64,000 nt of DNA from Octopus sinensis (Eukaryota): NCBI RefSeq assembly GCF_006345805.1, contig NC_043024.1:8556001-8620000 (forward strand), written 5' to 3'. The position numbers were made by a program, and so were the translations under genes. The notes beneath the pieces are model-generated. The model was given only the letters and a program-made list of their open reading frames with translations, was not told the origin of the DNA and searched no databases. Position 1 is the stretch's first letter; each line of letters begins with the position of its first letter. Shown in pieces: positions 1 to 12,397 of this stretch.

Positions 1-575
1 CTGTGTGGTAAGTAGCTTGCTTATGAACCACATGGTTCTGGGTTCAGTCCCACTGTGTGGCACCTTGGGCAAGTGTCTTCTACTATAGCCTCAGGCCGAC
101 CAAAGCCTTGTGACTGGATTTGGTAGACGGAAACTGAAAGAAGCCCGTCGTATATATGTATACGTGCAGGTGGCACGTAAAAAACACCCACTACACTCGC
201 GGAGTGGTTGGCGTTAGGAAGGGCATCCAGCCGTAGAAACACTGCCAGATCTGACTGGGCCTGACGAAGCCTTCCAGCTTCACAGACCCCAGTTGACCCG
301 TCCAACCCATGCTAGCATGGAAAGCGGATGCTAAACGATGATGATGATGATGATGATATATATGTGTATGTTTGTGTGTTGTGTTTATTCCCCCCAACAT
401 CGCTTGACAACCGATGCCGGTGTGTTTACATCCCCGTTACTTAGCGGTTTGGCAAAAGAGACCAATAGAATAAGTACTAGGCTTACAAAGAGTAAGTCCT
501 GGGGTCGATTTGCTCGACTAAAGGCGGTGCTCCAGCATGGCCACAGTCAAATGACTGAAATAAGTAAATGAGTAA
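1..575 (+). mobile_element. tRNA-derived SINE family A with an internal (TA)n(TG)n tract; this copy is interrupted by an RTE 3' end
   Basis: A-box-like TGGCTGTGTGG head and B-box-like GGTTCAGTCCC. Other copies on +: 42885-44520, 44550-44700, 49991-50405, 53301-53691, 53695-54080, 57649-58075. Copies on -: 26111-26515, 27193-27622, 35861-36223. Confidence 0.85.
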
Positions 576-660
576 ATATATTTAATTAAAATGAGAGTGA
601 AAAATTGGATATTAATTTGATAACACCAATTTATAAAAAAACTGAGGTTCAGTAAATAGT

Positions 661-890
661 ATTACATACATATAAAAGGGAATTTACCACTATGTGGGAA
701 CCCTTATGCTAGACGAAGATCCGCTATGGTCTTAACCACTCAGAATTGTTCTCTAGAAAATTTAGCAAACGTTTCTGGTGTTAGCTAAATTTTCTAGAGA
801 ACAATTCTTAGTGGTTAAGACCATAGCGCATCTTCTTCTAGCATAAGGGTTTCCACATATTGGTAAAGTTCCCTCTTATATATATGTAAT
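661..890. repeat. Inverted repeat, ~105-bp arms, ~17-nt loop
   Basis: Direct complementarity by eye; a single arm of the same family lies at ~56141-56240. Confidence 0.9.
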
Positions 891-893
891 ACT

Positions 894-926
<33 letters not shown>

Positions 927-1275
927 GTTTAACGTCCATTTTCCGTGCTAGCACGGGTTGGACGGTTTGACCGGGGTCTGGGAAGCCAGGGCTGCACCAG
1001 GCTCCAGTCTGATCTGGCAGTGTGTCTACAGCTGGATGCCCTTCCTAACGCCAATCACTCCGCGAGTGTAGTGGGTGCTTTTTACATGCCACTTGCACAG
1101 GTGCCAGGGGGGTCTGGCATCAGCCACGATCGGTTGGTGCTTTTAACATGCCACCAGCACGGAAGCCAGCCAAGGCGGCGCTGGCATCGGCCACGTTCGG
1201 ATGGTGCTTTTTATGTGCCACCGGCACAGAAGCCAGTTGAGGCGGCGCTGGCAACGGCCACATTCGGATGGTGCT
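890..1275 (-). mobile_element. 3' end of a retroposon with a (TGA)n tail (RTE-related LINE/SINE)
   Basis: (CAT)n followed by the conserved gtttaacgtcc..catgctagcatgggttggacgg block. Other copies at ~167-357 (+), 34807-34990 (-), 36440-36690 (-), 44714-44920 (-), 45185-45485 (+) and 52895-53075 (-). Confidence 0.7.
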
Positions 1276-2000
1276 TTATATATCCTTATTGTAGCAGTCC
1301 TTCAGTTTTTCTAAGGGTTTGGGCATCCAACAAGGACCTACATGATGCCCTTAAAACCATGAACTTTTCAGCACCACCTTGTATATGTATGTATGTATGA
1401 GTGTCTGTTTGTTTGTTTTGAGAGGGTAAAAAGGGTATTTACAATGCAGCACCCATCCTGAGCTTTAGGCTCTTCTCCTTCCTTTTTATCCCCAAACCAC
1501 TCTTTTATCTACTTTGGTGTTGACACTTTACAAGTCCTGTCCATCTTTTCACAGACTCTTTACGTTTTCAACTTTTATTTACTTTTTCTTTCCTCCTGAT
1601 ATAAGCAAAACAAAGCCTGGCAGATGCACGACGTAAGAGTGCACCTTTGATGCAGGTTTGGGGAAGTGCCACTCTAATGTTTAAAACTGCAAATGTTATG
1701 TAAATTTTCACTTGGAAATCTGTGTGAACTGGGGTTGAAAGCAGATTTGGTACAGGAACAATTGTACATAAAAGATGTGTTAAAGTCCTTCTTTGTCTGC
1801 TTATTTAGGTTACATATGTATATACACACATATATAAAATATATGTGTAAAGAAAATTGGGATGAAAACATCCAATCTTTCACTGGCTCCACTGTTAAAT
1901 ACATATATATGTGTGGGTTTTTTTCTGCTTTCTTCCCTATGAAGATTATTGTACACTAACAGTTGGTTATATACAACATATTTCTGTGTGAATGTGCATA

Positions 2001-2093
<93 letters not shown>

Positions 2094-2298
2094 GTATGTA
2101 TGTGCATAGATTCATTGTATGTATGTGTGTGTGCTTGTATATATTTATAAAGGGTGTGTGTCTCTCAAACTGTGTAATCCATGCCAGCATGGAAAATGGA
2201 TATTAAATGATATCTGTGTGAGTGTGTATATTTATGACTTATGAATGTGTGTGTGTATGTATTATATATATATATGAATGTGTGTGTATGTATATATA

Positions 2299-2362
<64 letters not shown>

Positions 2363-3157
2363 CATCAGTGTATGTGGTTAACAATTTTTCTTTTCAGTCA
2401 TACAGTTTCAGGTTCTGTTCAACTGGGTGGCACCTGGTGTAAGTGTTTTCTGCAATAGTTCCAGGCCAGTGAAGGCTTTTTAAGTGAATTTGGTTGACGG
2501 AAAACTATATGGAAGCTCGTCATATATGTACAATATACATGAGTGTGTGTGTGTGTTTGGTGTCTTCTATGTGTCTTGACATTTGCACATTGATTATAAA
2601 AGATTACCATTCAGAGAAACACTTGCCCAAGGTACCACTCAGTGAGACTCAACTCAAAACCATGTTATTGTGAAATAAACTTTGTAATCTCAGTCATGCC
2701 TGCACATTTATGCATACATATAAAAATAAGAAAAATGTGTACCAGATACTTGTAGCTTTGTATGCATATATATATATATATATATATATAATTAGGGTTC
2801 AGCAAGAAAAATTTGCTTTACCACATACCAAACTTTTAGAAATAGCAGCCAAAGAATTTTGCTATTTCTTCTACTATAAGAAGAGTCTCCCAGACAATGT
2901 ATACTCAAAAACACTTTGGCTGCTATTTCTAAAAGTTCAGTATGTGGTAAAGAAAATTTATTTTTGCTGAACCCTAATTATATAAAGTAATGTTTAAGTT
3001 TACCATAAATGGTCCTTTTACATACTGAACACTGCTTGGTAAAATTATTATTGACTATATATATACATACACATACATACACACACACACACACACACAT
3101 TATACATGTGTGTATCTTGATTTATGTATCATATATATTTATATATATATGTATCAT

Positions 3158-3193
<36 letters not shown>

Positions 3194-3309
3194 CATACAT
3201 ACATACACATACACACACACATCTGCATCACCTGTCTCCTTTTCTGTGTTACTCTCAATTTATGTATGTATTTATATATATATATATATATATATGTATT
3301 GAATAATTA

Positions 3310-5510
3310 AGAGAAGTGTCAACTTATAGAGCGACATTTTCTTGGTCTGTCTACAAAAAATATTCTAGTTTTAACTAAGGGACTATACATGGATTTACTA
3401 CTACAAGGAACTAATGAATTCATTAAAAGATTGAGATGGACAGCATACTTTTATGATGATGTGAAAGGGAACCAAATTAATAATAATTCGAACAACTATA
3501 ATCTTAAAGCCTATAAAAATCCCTCCCCATAATCCTGCACTGTCAAACTTTGAAAAAGATTTCATTCACTTGGTGAAAAATTTTAAATTCATGAAAACCT
3601 CTAACCATATTCAGAAGAAGCTGTCTGACATAATACTTAAAAGAAAAAACTCTGATAACATCCATGTTAAGTTTAATTAAGTTAATTTTTTGGCTCCAAA
3701 AGCAAAAAGCAAGGCCATGTAGGGGACATGGAGTTATGTACAGGGAGGGTGTTCATGCAAAGAGTTCAGGCCATTTCTGGTCAAGAGAGACTTTGAACCA
3801 AGTGGTCGTCGGCATCTTCAGATAAAACCGGAAATCTATATTCATTACCAATTGATGCCTACAATAACTTTATTCTCAAAGAATTCCAGTCGAAATACAA
3901 AACAGTAACCAATGCTAAATTGATGGAAATTACTGTGAGTCACTTTGACTTAATTGAGGGGCTTAAATCGCCGGATAGAACAGAATCTTATGCTCCTATG
4001 ATACCGCATTTCACTTTGAAGGATCATAAGACAGATTTTAAGAGTAAACAAGCAATAAGACTGATCTGCCCAACCAAATCCCACCTGGGCAAAATTAGTA
4101 AGTTCATCATCAATAAAATGATCCCTAATGTCAGAAGAAATGTAGATCTACCACTCTGGTGTTCTACCGGGGATGTCATTACATGGTTCTGCTCGCTAAA
4201 TGATAAAAAGAAAACCCATTTTTTACAGTTCAACATAAACAATTACTCCCAGTCTATCATGATGGATCTACTGGAAAAAGCAATTATGTTTACTGAGAAC
4301 TTTATGGATATAATCTCCTTTGAGAAAGACATTATTTTTACAGCTAGGAAAACTCTAATTTCTTTTAAAAACAGGCTTTGGGCCCATCGTGACATTCACG
4401 ACAACTTTGACTTTACAATGGGATCCTCTGACTCTGCCTAGATCACTGATGTAGTGGGCCTATTTCTACTTTGGAAAATTAAGGACGAGGTCCCAAATAT
4501 GAGTGGAGGTCTATACAGGGATGACACATTATTTGCTATCTCTGGCTCTTCGCTACAAATGATAGAATTAAGAAAACAATTTATCAAATTTTTAAAAATA
4601 TATAGTTTAGAGATTATGTTTGAAAATACCACTAGAATTGCTAACTTTTTAGATGTAACACTAAATTTAGATAATGGGCTATTTTATCCCTACTACAAAC
4701 CGAATAAAACCATCCAATATATTTTGCATTGTCATGGGTAGTAATAAATTTGAGCTTAAGAATAATAGGAACAGAGGTAGCTTTAATGTGAGTAATAATA
4801 ATAATTGTTATAAATTCTCAATCAAATTTTTATATTGTGTGATTTAAAAAAAAATAATTTTTTTTCAATGGCCAAAGTTTTGAGTTGATCCTATCAGCCT
4901 TCCACATGCATGGACTCACCCTAAAATCGATCATCAATAATCTAATAGTTTATTTAAACATTTAACTTAGGTTTAATTTGAACTATTTGCTTCCCTCCTC
5001 TCGCATGTACAGTATGCTTCTTCGATTCAAGATCCATAATTTTAGGAAAATTCTTGTATTTTTAGGAATTTTTTTACAAATCTTTAAAAAATTTTTGTTA
5101 TCTTAAAACACTTCTATGTTTCGAAATTATATAATTTGAACTCTTTTAAACCTTTAATGTACTTCTGATGAGAGAAATGTGGCCAATTGTTATGGATGGA
5201 AAACTTGGCCATTTAAAACCACAATCTTTCACAATGATCATAAGAATATGTGCTCACTAATGATTCATCCTAATTTATTGTATACCACTGCTCCTTGGAT
5301 TCCTACCTTGTCATTGAATCGTAAAAATTTGAATGCTTAACACCGAATGTTTTAATGCAGGTACATTTATGTATTGTACACCTTCATGATTTGTATATTT
5401 TTACTTCAATTAATACTGTATGTGAATATGCCTATGATGCGAAGTGTTTTGATTTGATAAAGGGACCTGACCCTTTGAAATTTGTTTTCCATTCTCACCT
5501 ATATATATAT
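3310..5510 (+). mobile_element. Degenerate Penelope-like retroelement (N-terminal domain + RT; endonuclease region missing or decayed)
   Basis: EFIKRLRWTAYFY at 3416-3454 and SDKTGNLY from 3818. Then FTLKDHK..RLICPTKSHLGKISK, TMGSSDSA*ITDVVGL, YRDDTL and FLDVTLNL..PYYKPN. ORFs 3920-4441 and 4454-4741 share a frame, separated by one TAG. Flanked by (TA)n. Confidence 0.85.
3672..3817 (-). mobile_element. 5'-truncated CR1-like LINE 3' end nested in the Penelope ORF
   Basis: Minus strand reads KMPTTTWFKVSLDQKWPELFA* (CR1-type FK..LD..W terminus), then a short UTR and AATT-rich tail. It splits the PLE motif VK|SDKT. Confidence 0.55.
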
Positions 5511-6395
5511 ATATCTGTAAAATAATATGTGACAATTATTCGGATGCCGAGGTGGAAATCCACAACACCATCTCTTTGGTTATCTGGCCATGATAAATCT
5601 GTCCTCAAATAGCTTACACACCCTGTATACACACATATAGATATATATATGTATATACATATATATATCTATATGTGTGTATACAGATATACAGCTAGAT
5701 ACATACATATATAGAGATGGTGGTGTGGATTTCCACCTCGGCATCCGAAACCGAGAGTTTTATCTTGGCTACTGAATAATTATAACATATTATTTTACAG
5801 ATAAATTTCCTCTATTTACATAATATTGAGGTCTCTTTCTTTCTTTTGTTATCTTACCGTTTTTACCAATATTTATATACACATATATGTATGTGTGTGC
5901 ACGCACATGCATATTATCTACATAAATCACATTTATTTATGTGTATCGTTTGTCTTTCATGTCCACTCATTCATACCTCAGCAGCTTATGATGCTTACAC
6001 TGCCAATTTGAACAATATTATCGCAGGTGTTGAAATTGTGGTGATATCTGGTCGTTATGTGATGAGGGGTCGAACCTGTCCATGTGTTTTGTGTGTTTTT
6101 CCCTGTTTATCAAAATGTTCCTTTGTCGTCCCACTGTGACACATCTCTAACATTCACACTTATATATATATGTATGTATAGTATAAGTCTGTGTATGTAT
6201 GTATGGGTGTTATTGTATGAGGATATCTTCTAAATTGTGCGAAAAGAAGCAAACACCAATACAAAGAATGGTAGAGTACCATAAACTATATTTCAGCTCG
6301 GCGCCTGGTGCCAATTCTTGTTTTTCTTCTCACGATACGTTTGTATTCTTTGCTGTAATTTGCCTCAATCACGCTGTCATTTCAATTGCTTTTAG

Positions 6396-6431
6396 TCAAC
6401 CGAATTCTCAGAGACAACTAGTGCAAGCTCT
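6396..6431 (+). CDS. Probable 36-nt microexon (STEFSETTSASS in phase 0, or QPNSQRQLVQA in phase 2)
   Basis: Acceptor ttcaattgcttttag|TCA, consensus donor TCT|gtaagt, length a multiple of 3. TGC lies just upstream of the AG and TGCATG is at 6462-6467. Confidence 0.45.
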
Positions 6432-6740
6432 GTAAGTAAACTTATTTTCTTAAAAGCAACATGCATGCACGAACAGACAGACAGATAGACACGCACACAG
6501 ACACACACACACACGCATACACACACACACGGTCATATACCTTCTTTACAGAACATGCATTTATGCAAAAATACATGTGGATGTGTACATAGGTACATGG
6601 GTTGTCTTTTAGCGGTTTAAAACCAGTTTGCTTTACGAGTCCCCATGTTTCTGGTCTTTACATCTGTTTCAGTCATGTTGCTCTGCATTTGAGGGGTCGG
6701 GAAAGTCTTGGAATAATACTGTTTTATATATATATACATA

Positions 6741-7170
6741 TATATAATAAAATATTAGGGAATAAATCCAATCTTACAGGGAAAAATCAGATTTAGGATT
6801 GAATCCAATTTTATAGTAAAATATTATATTATATTAAATTAGAGACAAAACCACTATTAGACAAATCATACAATGAAAAACTCAAGCCAATACATAAGAT
6901 TAATTAATTTATATTATTTTAAATATATATCAAAATTATTAAAAAATTATCTTTTTTTATAATTTTTTTAATAATTTTGATATATATTTAAAATAATATA
7001 AATTAATTAATCTTATGTATTGGCTTAAGTTTTTCATTGTATGATTTGCCTAATAGTGGTTTTATCTCTAATTTAATATAATATAATATTTTACTATAAA
7101 ATTGGATTCAATCCTAAATCTGATTTTTCCCTGTAAGTTTGGATTTATTCCCTAATATTTTATTATATAT
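6741..7170. repeat. Near-perfect inverted repeat, ~210-bp arms, <10-nt loop
   Basis: Direct complementarity with few mismatches; arm-family fragments at ~32560, ~34400 and ~42205. Confidence 0.92.
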
Positions 7171-7183
7171 ATATATATATATA

Positions 7184-7405
7184 TTCGACAACTGCATGCG
7201 TCCACCGATTATCGGTGAGCCGGGTGACGTGTCCAGCCCATCTATACTTGCTGCGTGACCACCCGGAAGACCTCCACGACGGTGGAGTTACGATTTCAGG
7301 AAGACGATTGGGATCACGTGGATGAGAAAGGCATGATCCAGAGAGGAGTGGACAGCGTGCTGTGACCAGCGGTGTCAAATGGACGCCTGACGGACTGGTC
7401 AGTCA
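7184..7405 (-). mobile_element. RTE-clade LINE ORF C-terminal fragment
   Basis: KYRWAGHVTRLTDNRWTHAVVE matches the RTE W.GHV.R..D.RW motif. Confidence 0.75.
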
Positions 7406-7777
7406 AGATGATATATATATTATTGGACTGCTTGGTTGCTCCAGTGGATGGTGATTCAGCTGGAGACAGCTGAACAATGGTCTTAGTTTGGTGCTAAATA
7501 CACTAGGAAAAAAACTCCCTTCAAAAAGGTTAGTGACATTCTGATATGAGATTTTATGAATTTTGTTAAAAAATGAACTTTTTAAAAAAAATCCCTTTTA
7601 TAATAAAAAAACTGTATTAAGTAATTTTTCACAAAACCTTTGGAACACATACACCCACATGTATATTTACATGCTCTTAAATATATGACTGGACATATAT
7701 TTAACAGCATATAAATACATCATTGCTCTATCCATAACGGTCTATTTTATTTTCGGATACATGATTCCCGGATAATA

Positions 7778-7823
<46 letters not shown>

Positions 7824-7824
<1 letters not shown>

Positions 7825-8141
7825 GGTTAGAGCGTCGAGCTTACAATCGTGAGGTTGTGAGTTTGATTCCTGGACTGGACTGCGTCTTGTGTTCTTGAGC
7901 AAGACACTTTATTTCATGTTGCTCAAGTTAACTCAGCTGTAGAAATGAGTTGTGAAATTACTGGTACCAAGCTGTATCGGCTCCTTTGCCTTTCCCTTGG
8001 ATAACACTGGTGGTATGGAGAGGGGACGCTGGCATACATGGGCGACTGCTGGTCTTCCATAAACAACCTTACCCGGACTTGTGCCTGGGAAGGTAACTTT
8101 CTAGGTGCAATCCCATGGTCACTCATGGCCGAAGGGGGTCC
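7824..8141 (+). mobile_element. tRNA-derived SINE family B (V-domain-like)
   Basis: TGGTTAGAGC head, GTTTGATTCC B-box and the gtgttcttgagcaagacac core. Other copies at 12832-13152 (+) and 58503-58838 (-). Confidence 0.8.
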
Positions 8142-8144
8142 CCT

Positions 8145-8185
<41 letters not shown>

Positions 8186-8255
8186 CATTCACATAGATAT
8201 ACATATATAATATATATATATACATACATTCACATAGATATACATATATATACAC

Positions 8256-8298
<43 letters not shown>

Positions 8299-8673
8299 AT
8301 ATGCACACATATACAAACACACACACATATATATATATAAACATACACACGCATTCATACATATATATATACATACATATATATATATACACACATATAT
8401 GTACATACATACTTATACATAAATATAAAACTTAAGTTCAGATGAATATGATACTTATGTTGAGGCACCAGAATTTAGTATGATATTATCCATACAATTT
8501 CAAAATAAGGTGATTAAAATCAAAATAAGTAACTAGGATATCCAGAGGTAATGCAGTACGATCGTTTCAAGCAACTACATTTAATTGAACAATGCAATCA
8601 TTACATCAATTTAAATGCAGAGCAATCCTCAGATGCATAAATACATACATACATATATAATATATATATCTAC

Positions 8674-8713
<40 letters not shown>

Positions 8714-8744
8714 CAAATATATCTGTACATATGTATATGTAACA

Positions 8745-9410
8745 GGTGATAACAAAAGATTCGGGCGATACCAGAAAAGTACACAAAAAAACAAGGCCGG
8801 GCTATTAGGAGCTTTGTCGTCAGTCGAGTTCCAAATTGTTGTTGCAGTTTCAGCCAGTTACACTCAAGACTGCTCCAATCTGGCTGCCCTAAGAAAATCC
8901 ATGCTAAGAACACTAGCTTCTTTGGAAGAAACCAAGCGAATGTATATGAAATCAAAGAGAAAAATACAGAAATAGTACACAATTATAAATACAAACAATA
9001 GGACATTAACAACAGGTGTCTTTTGACTAAGGATGAATTAAATTAAGCTGGCGTGTGTGGAAGTGAAGCCTTATGGCAGGAACATAAGTGATGAATGTCA
9101 TGTGAAGGAATATATGAGATGCTACATGGATGGTAGTCATACAAAGAAAGATTGGTCAGGCTTGGCAGAACACCGATCACATGGAAGGAGAGGAGAGAGG
9201 TAAGGGGCAGACGGATTGAAGAATTAGAGAGGGATGAGAAAGAGAGACAACGAAAGAAATAGGACAGAGTGAGGTAAAATAGGAGGGAAAAGAAGAATGA
9301 ATGGAAAGCCAAGAAATGTGAGATTAGGTGCAACAACAAGGAAAGTGGGAGGAAGGAAGAAAGTGTGAAGAGTGCTACAAGGGGGAGTAAGAGTCGTACA
9401 GAATTTAGAT
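8745..9410 (-). mobile_element. Probable non-coding 3' part of a Penelope-like element
   Basis: (TA)n at both ends and a pyrimidine-rich minus strand. CTCGA-CTGACGA-caaagctcctaatagc looks like a truncated hammerhead core. Confidence 0.35.
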
Positions 9411-10229
9411 ATATAAATACATATATGTATAAATATGTATGTAAACACATAGATATATGTATATGTATAAATATATATGTATGTATATCACCGTGACTGA
9501 TCAGGCTATCAGATGTTGCTACACATCGCTGGTCACAATGTGCTTCGCATTGTTTTAGCCTTCAAATGACGCCACCCCACTGGCTAAGTGAGCGGGCCAA
9601 CAGAAGAAAGAGTGAGAGAAAGTTGTGGTGAAAGAGTACAGCAGGGATCGCCACCACTCCCTGCTGGAGCCTCGTGGAGCTTTAGATGTTTTCGCTCAAT
9701 AAACACTCACAACACCCGGTCTGGGAATCGAAACCGCGATCCTACGACCGCGAGTCTGCTGCCCTAACCACTGGGCCATTGCGTATGTATATATCTATAA
9801 ATATATATGTACTTTATTTAAAAGCAGCAGAAATTCAACAAAACCTGTTACTCGGAGTTTCATGTTCCCGTTCGTCGGACAGTTTTGTTAAAAATATATA
9901 TGTAAAAAAATATATATGTAAAAAAATATATATGTTAAAAAATACAAGATAAGAAAATGGAGAAATACATCCAAATCAAATATCAATTACCAGATAATAC
10001 TCAATCACATACTGAGGGTTAAATATAAAAAGCAGAACAAATCAGTGTACATAGAGGAAAGTACATAAAAAAGTGTACATAAAAGAGTAATGTTGTATAA
10101 TAAGTAGAATATATATAAAAGAGAATATAAATACAACCCCTATCTCAATTTGTAACTATGTTAAAAAATATATATCTATGTATATATGTGTATGAATATA
10201 TATATTTATACATACTGGTAACATACTGG

Positions 10230-10790
10230 ATCTCTGCTTCACAAATAAAATGGATCTCATCCATAATGTGAAAGTGGCGCCAAAGCTACTCTCAGATCAG
10301 AACATGGTAGAGCTGACCATGTATGGACCAAAGGAAACCATGGATATGCAGCCTACAAGAAACACTCAGAATCTTTCTACCTTGGACTTCCATAAGGCAA
10401 ACTGGAAACAAATTGAGATAGAGATCCTCAAACAAAATTGGCCTAAATGTCTCTCCTCACTGTACATCGACATGAAACTTCAGCAATTCATGCCTGTAAT
10501 GCAAGCTATATTCTACAAATGTGTCCCAGAGAGAAAGGCCACTGTACACAAGAACAAAATCCCCAGGGAGAGGAAAATTCTTATGAGACGGCTTACAAAA
10601 ATTTCAAATCGCCTAAACAAACAATTTGAAAGCAGTGAAAAGTCCTGCCTGAAAATACAACTGCTGGAGATAGAAAAAAATCTGCAACTCTCCCATGAAA
10701 AGGAAAGAACAGACAAAGAAGCCTGGGCTATAGACGATATAAAATCTAACCCCAAGAAATGTGTCACGGCCGACATAAACATTGATGTTT
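10230..10790 (+). mobile_element. CR1/L2-group LINE ORF2 fragment (end of APE endonuclease plus linker)
   Basis: LLSDQNMV (SDH-like), LDFHKANW, CVPERK and IPRERKILMRR in ORF 10250-10795. Confidence 0.8.
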
Positions 10791-10900
10791 CCTAGGGCTA
10801 AATAGCAGTGGTGTGATTCCCTTTATGGGACTGTCACATTAAGTTGACAGTATACAACTGCTCTATATAAACATATATGTATATAAATATATAGATATGG

Positions 10901-10931
<31 letters not shown>

Positions 10932-10959
10932 TATATGTAAATATGTGTGTGTGTATATA

Positions 10960-11480
10960 TATTTATATATAGTTAATCCAAACATGAAAACACAAAGAGA
11001 AAACACAACAACGCGAGGACATGGAACAAGTATAGTATTATTGGACGCTAAGGGTTTAATGTTTTGAGCGGAGCTCTTCGTCAGAAACATAAGAAAAGGA
11101 AAGATCCAAAGAAGGAAAGACAGAGGAAAAAAATCGCCAACAGTACACACGTGATCACATTTATATATGCACCCAGACACACACACAGGCAGACAGAAGA
11201 ATGGATTGTCTACCAATATGTCAGTAATTGGTAGATTAAGCAATTAGGTGACCTGTCTCTATACACTTTTCAAGCTATAGCATTGTCACTTATTGGTGTA
11301 CACATGAATGTCCTGTCTGTGGCTGACAATTAACCTGTCCCTTCCTTCAGTGGCATGTTAATTTGGGAGAATATTTGAATCTTTAGATTTTCTCCCTTCT
11401 CGAGTAGAAGTGGTCTTCACTGCAATATGTTAAGGACGACACGTCCTGTTGTGGCAAAGATATGGTTGATACATGAAAAA
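10960..11480 (-). mobile_element. Penelope-like 3' end/pseudo-LTR with a decayed hammerhead
   Basis: Frameshifted TSTRE..ENLKIQIFS.IN resembles a GIY-YIG C-terminus. Hammerhead-like core at 11054-11088; ends in (TA)n near 10900. Confidence 0.45.
11054..11088 (-). ncRNA. Decayed minimal type-I hammerhead ribozyme motif
   Basis: Minus strand: GTTT-CTGACGA-A-GAGC-tcc-GCTC-AAAA-CATT-AAAC. Restoring two CG>CA changes gives GAAA-CGT-T with stem I GTTT/AAAC. Confidence 0.5.
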
Positions 11481-12397
11481 TTTATGTGTGTTGCACTTTG
11501 AGTTTTTTGGGGGTTTTTTTTGCTCAGTTTTGCTTAATTTAAGAAAGCCTGGCTAGCACTGCCTGTTAGGTAACAAATAACTCTGTGGATATAGGGATCT
11601 ATGTCAAAAGGCTTGTTGCTCTGTTCTGTAGAAAAGAGCTGAAAAATGAAATTTTCTTACAAAACAAATTTTCTTACACACACAAATTCAAAAACATTAA
11701 ACGTATATAAATTTCAACTGCAAAACCCTAAACAAATCCAGACATATGTACATATTTTTGCATTTTTTTACCCTCTTATTTTGTTCCTTCCTATTTTCAT
11801 TTCTACAAAAAAAAAAAAAAAAAAAACCAAAGAAAAATCCCACTTAGTTGTGAACCGTAGTAGCACATTTTATTTTCCTACGTAGTATTTTTTGTACCAT
11901 TCGTTCCTTTCCAAAGATGATCCTTTCATTCGGTGTAACTCCCGTCTCCTTTTTCTTTTGTCATTGGTTGTTTTTGTACCAAAGCTCACGAATCATGGCT
12001 GTCCATCCATTCTTTGTTTTACCTTTTCGTGTATGTTAGCGTAGAATCTATATATTGTAAATTCCTGAAATTTTCATTTCTCCACTTTTTACCTCCATCT
12101 TGTCTTATTTTATTCACCCTCAACTTTTTCAGTTGTATTTTACTCTTGTCTTTTTTGCTGAATATTTTCTTTTACTTTCTCATTTTCTTGTCTTTTATCC
12201 TGTCTTGTATCTTGAATACACATACATACATATATGTATGTATCTCTCTCTGTCTCTTTGTGTGTGTCTATGTATTTATATATATATATATACTTGAATA
12301 TATATATATATATACATATACACACTCACACTTAGTTGCATGTATTCTCTGTAGCTTCTACAATATTTTTGTGTGTATGTGTGTGTGTATATATACA

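Noticed and set aside
21-1400. Recurrent ORFs such as RRASFSFRLPNPLTRLWSARGYSRRHLPKV and LQLDALPNANHS
   Set aside because: Chance frames in SINE and retroposon 3' ends that repeat many times in the window.
5155-5225. CTGATGA followed by a GGCCAA/TTGGCC hairpin in the Penelope 3' region
   Set aside because: GAAA, stem III and stem I cannot be assigned; too decayed to call a hammerhead.
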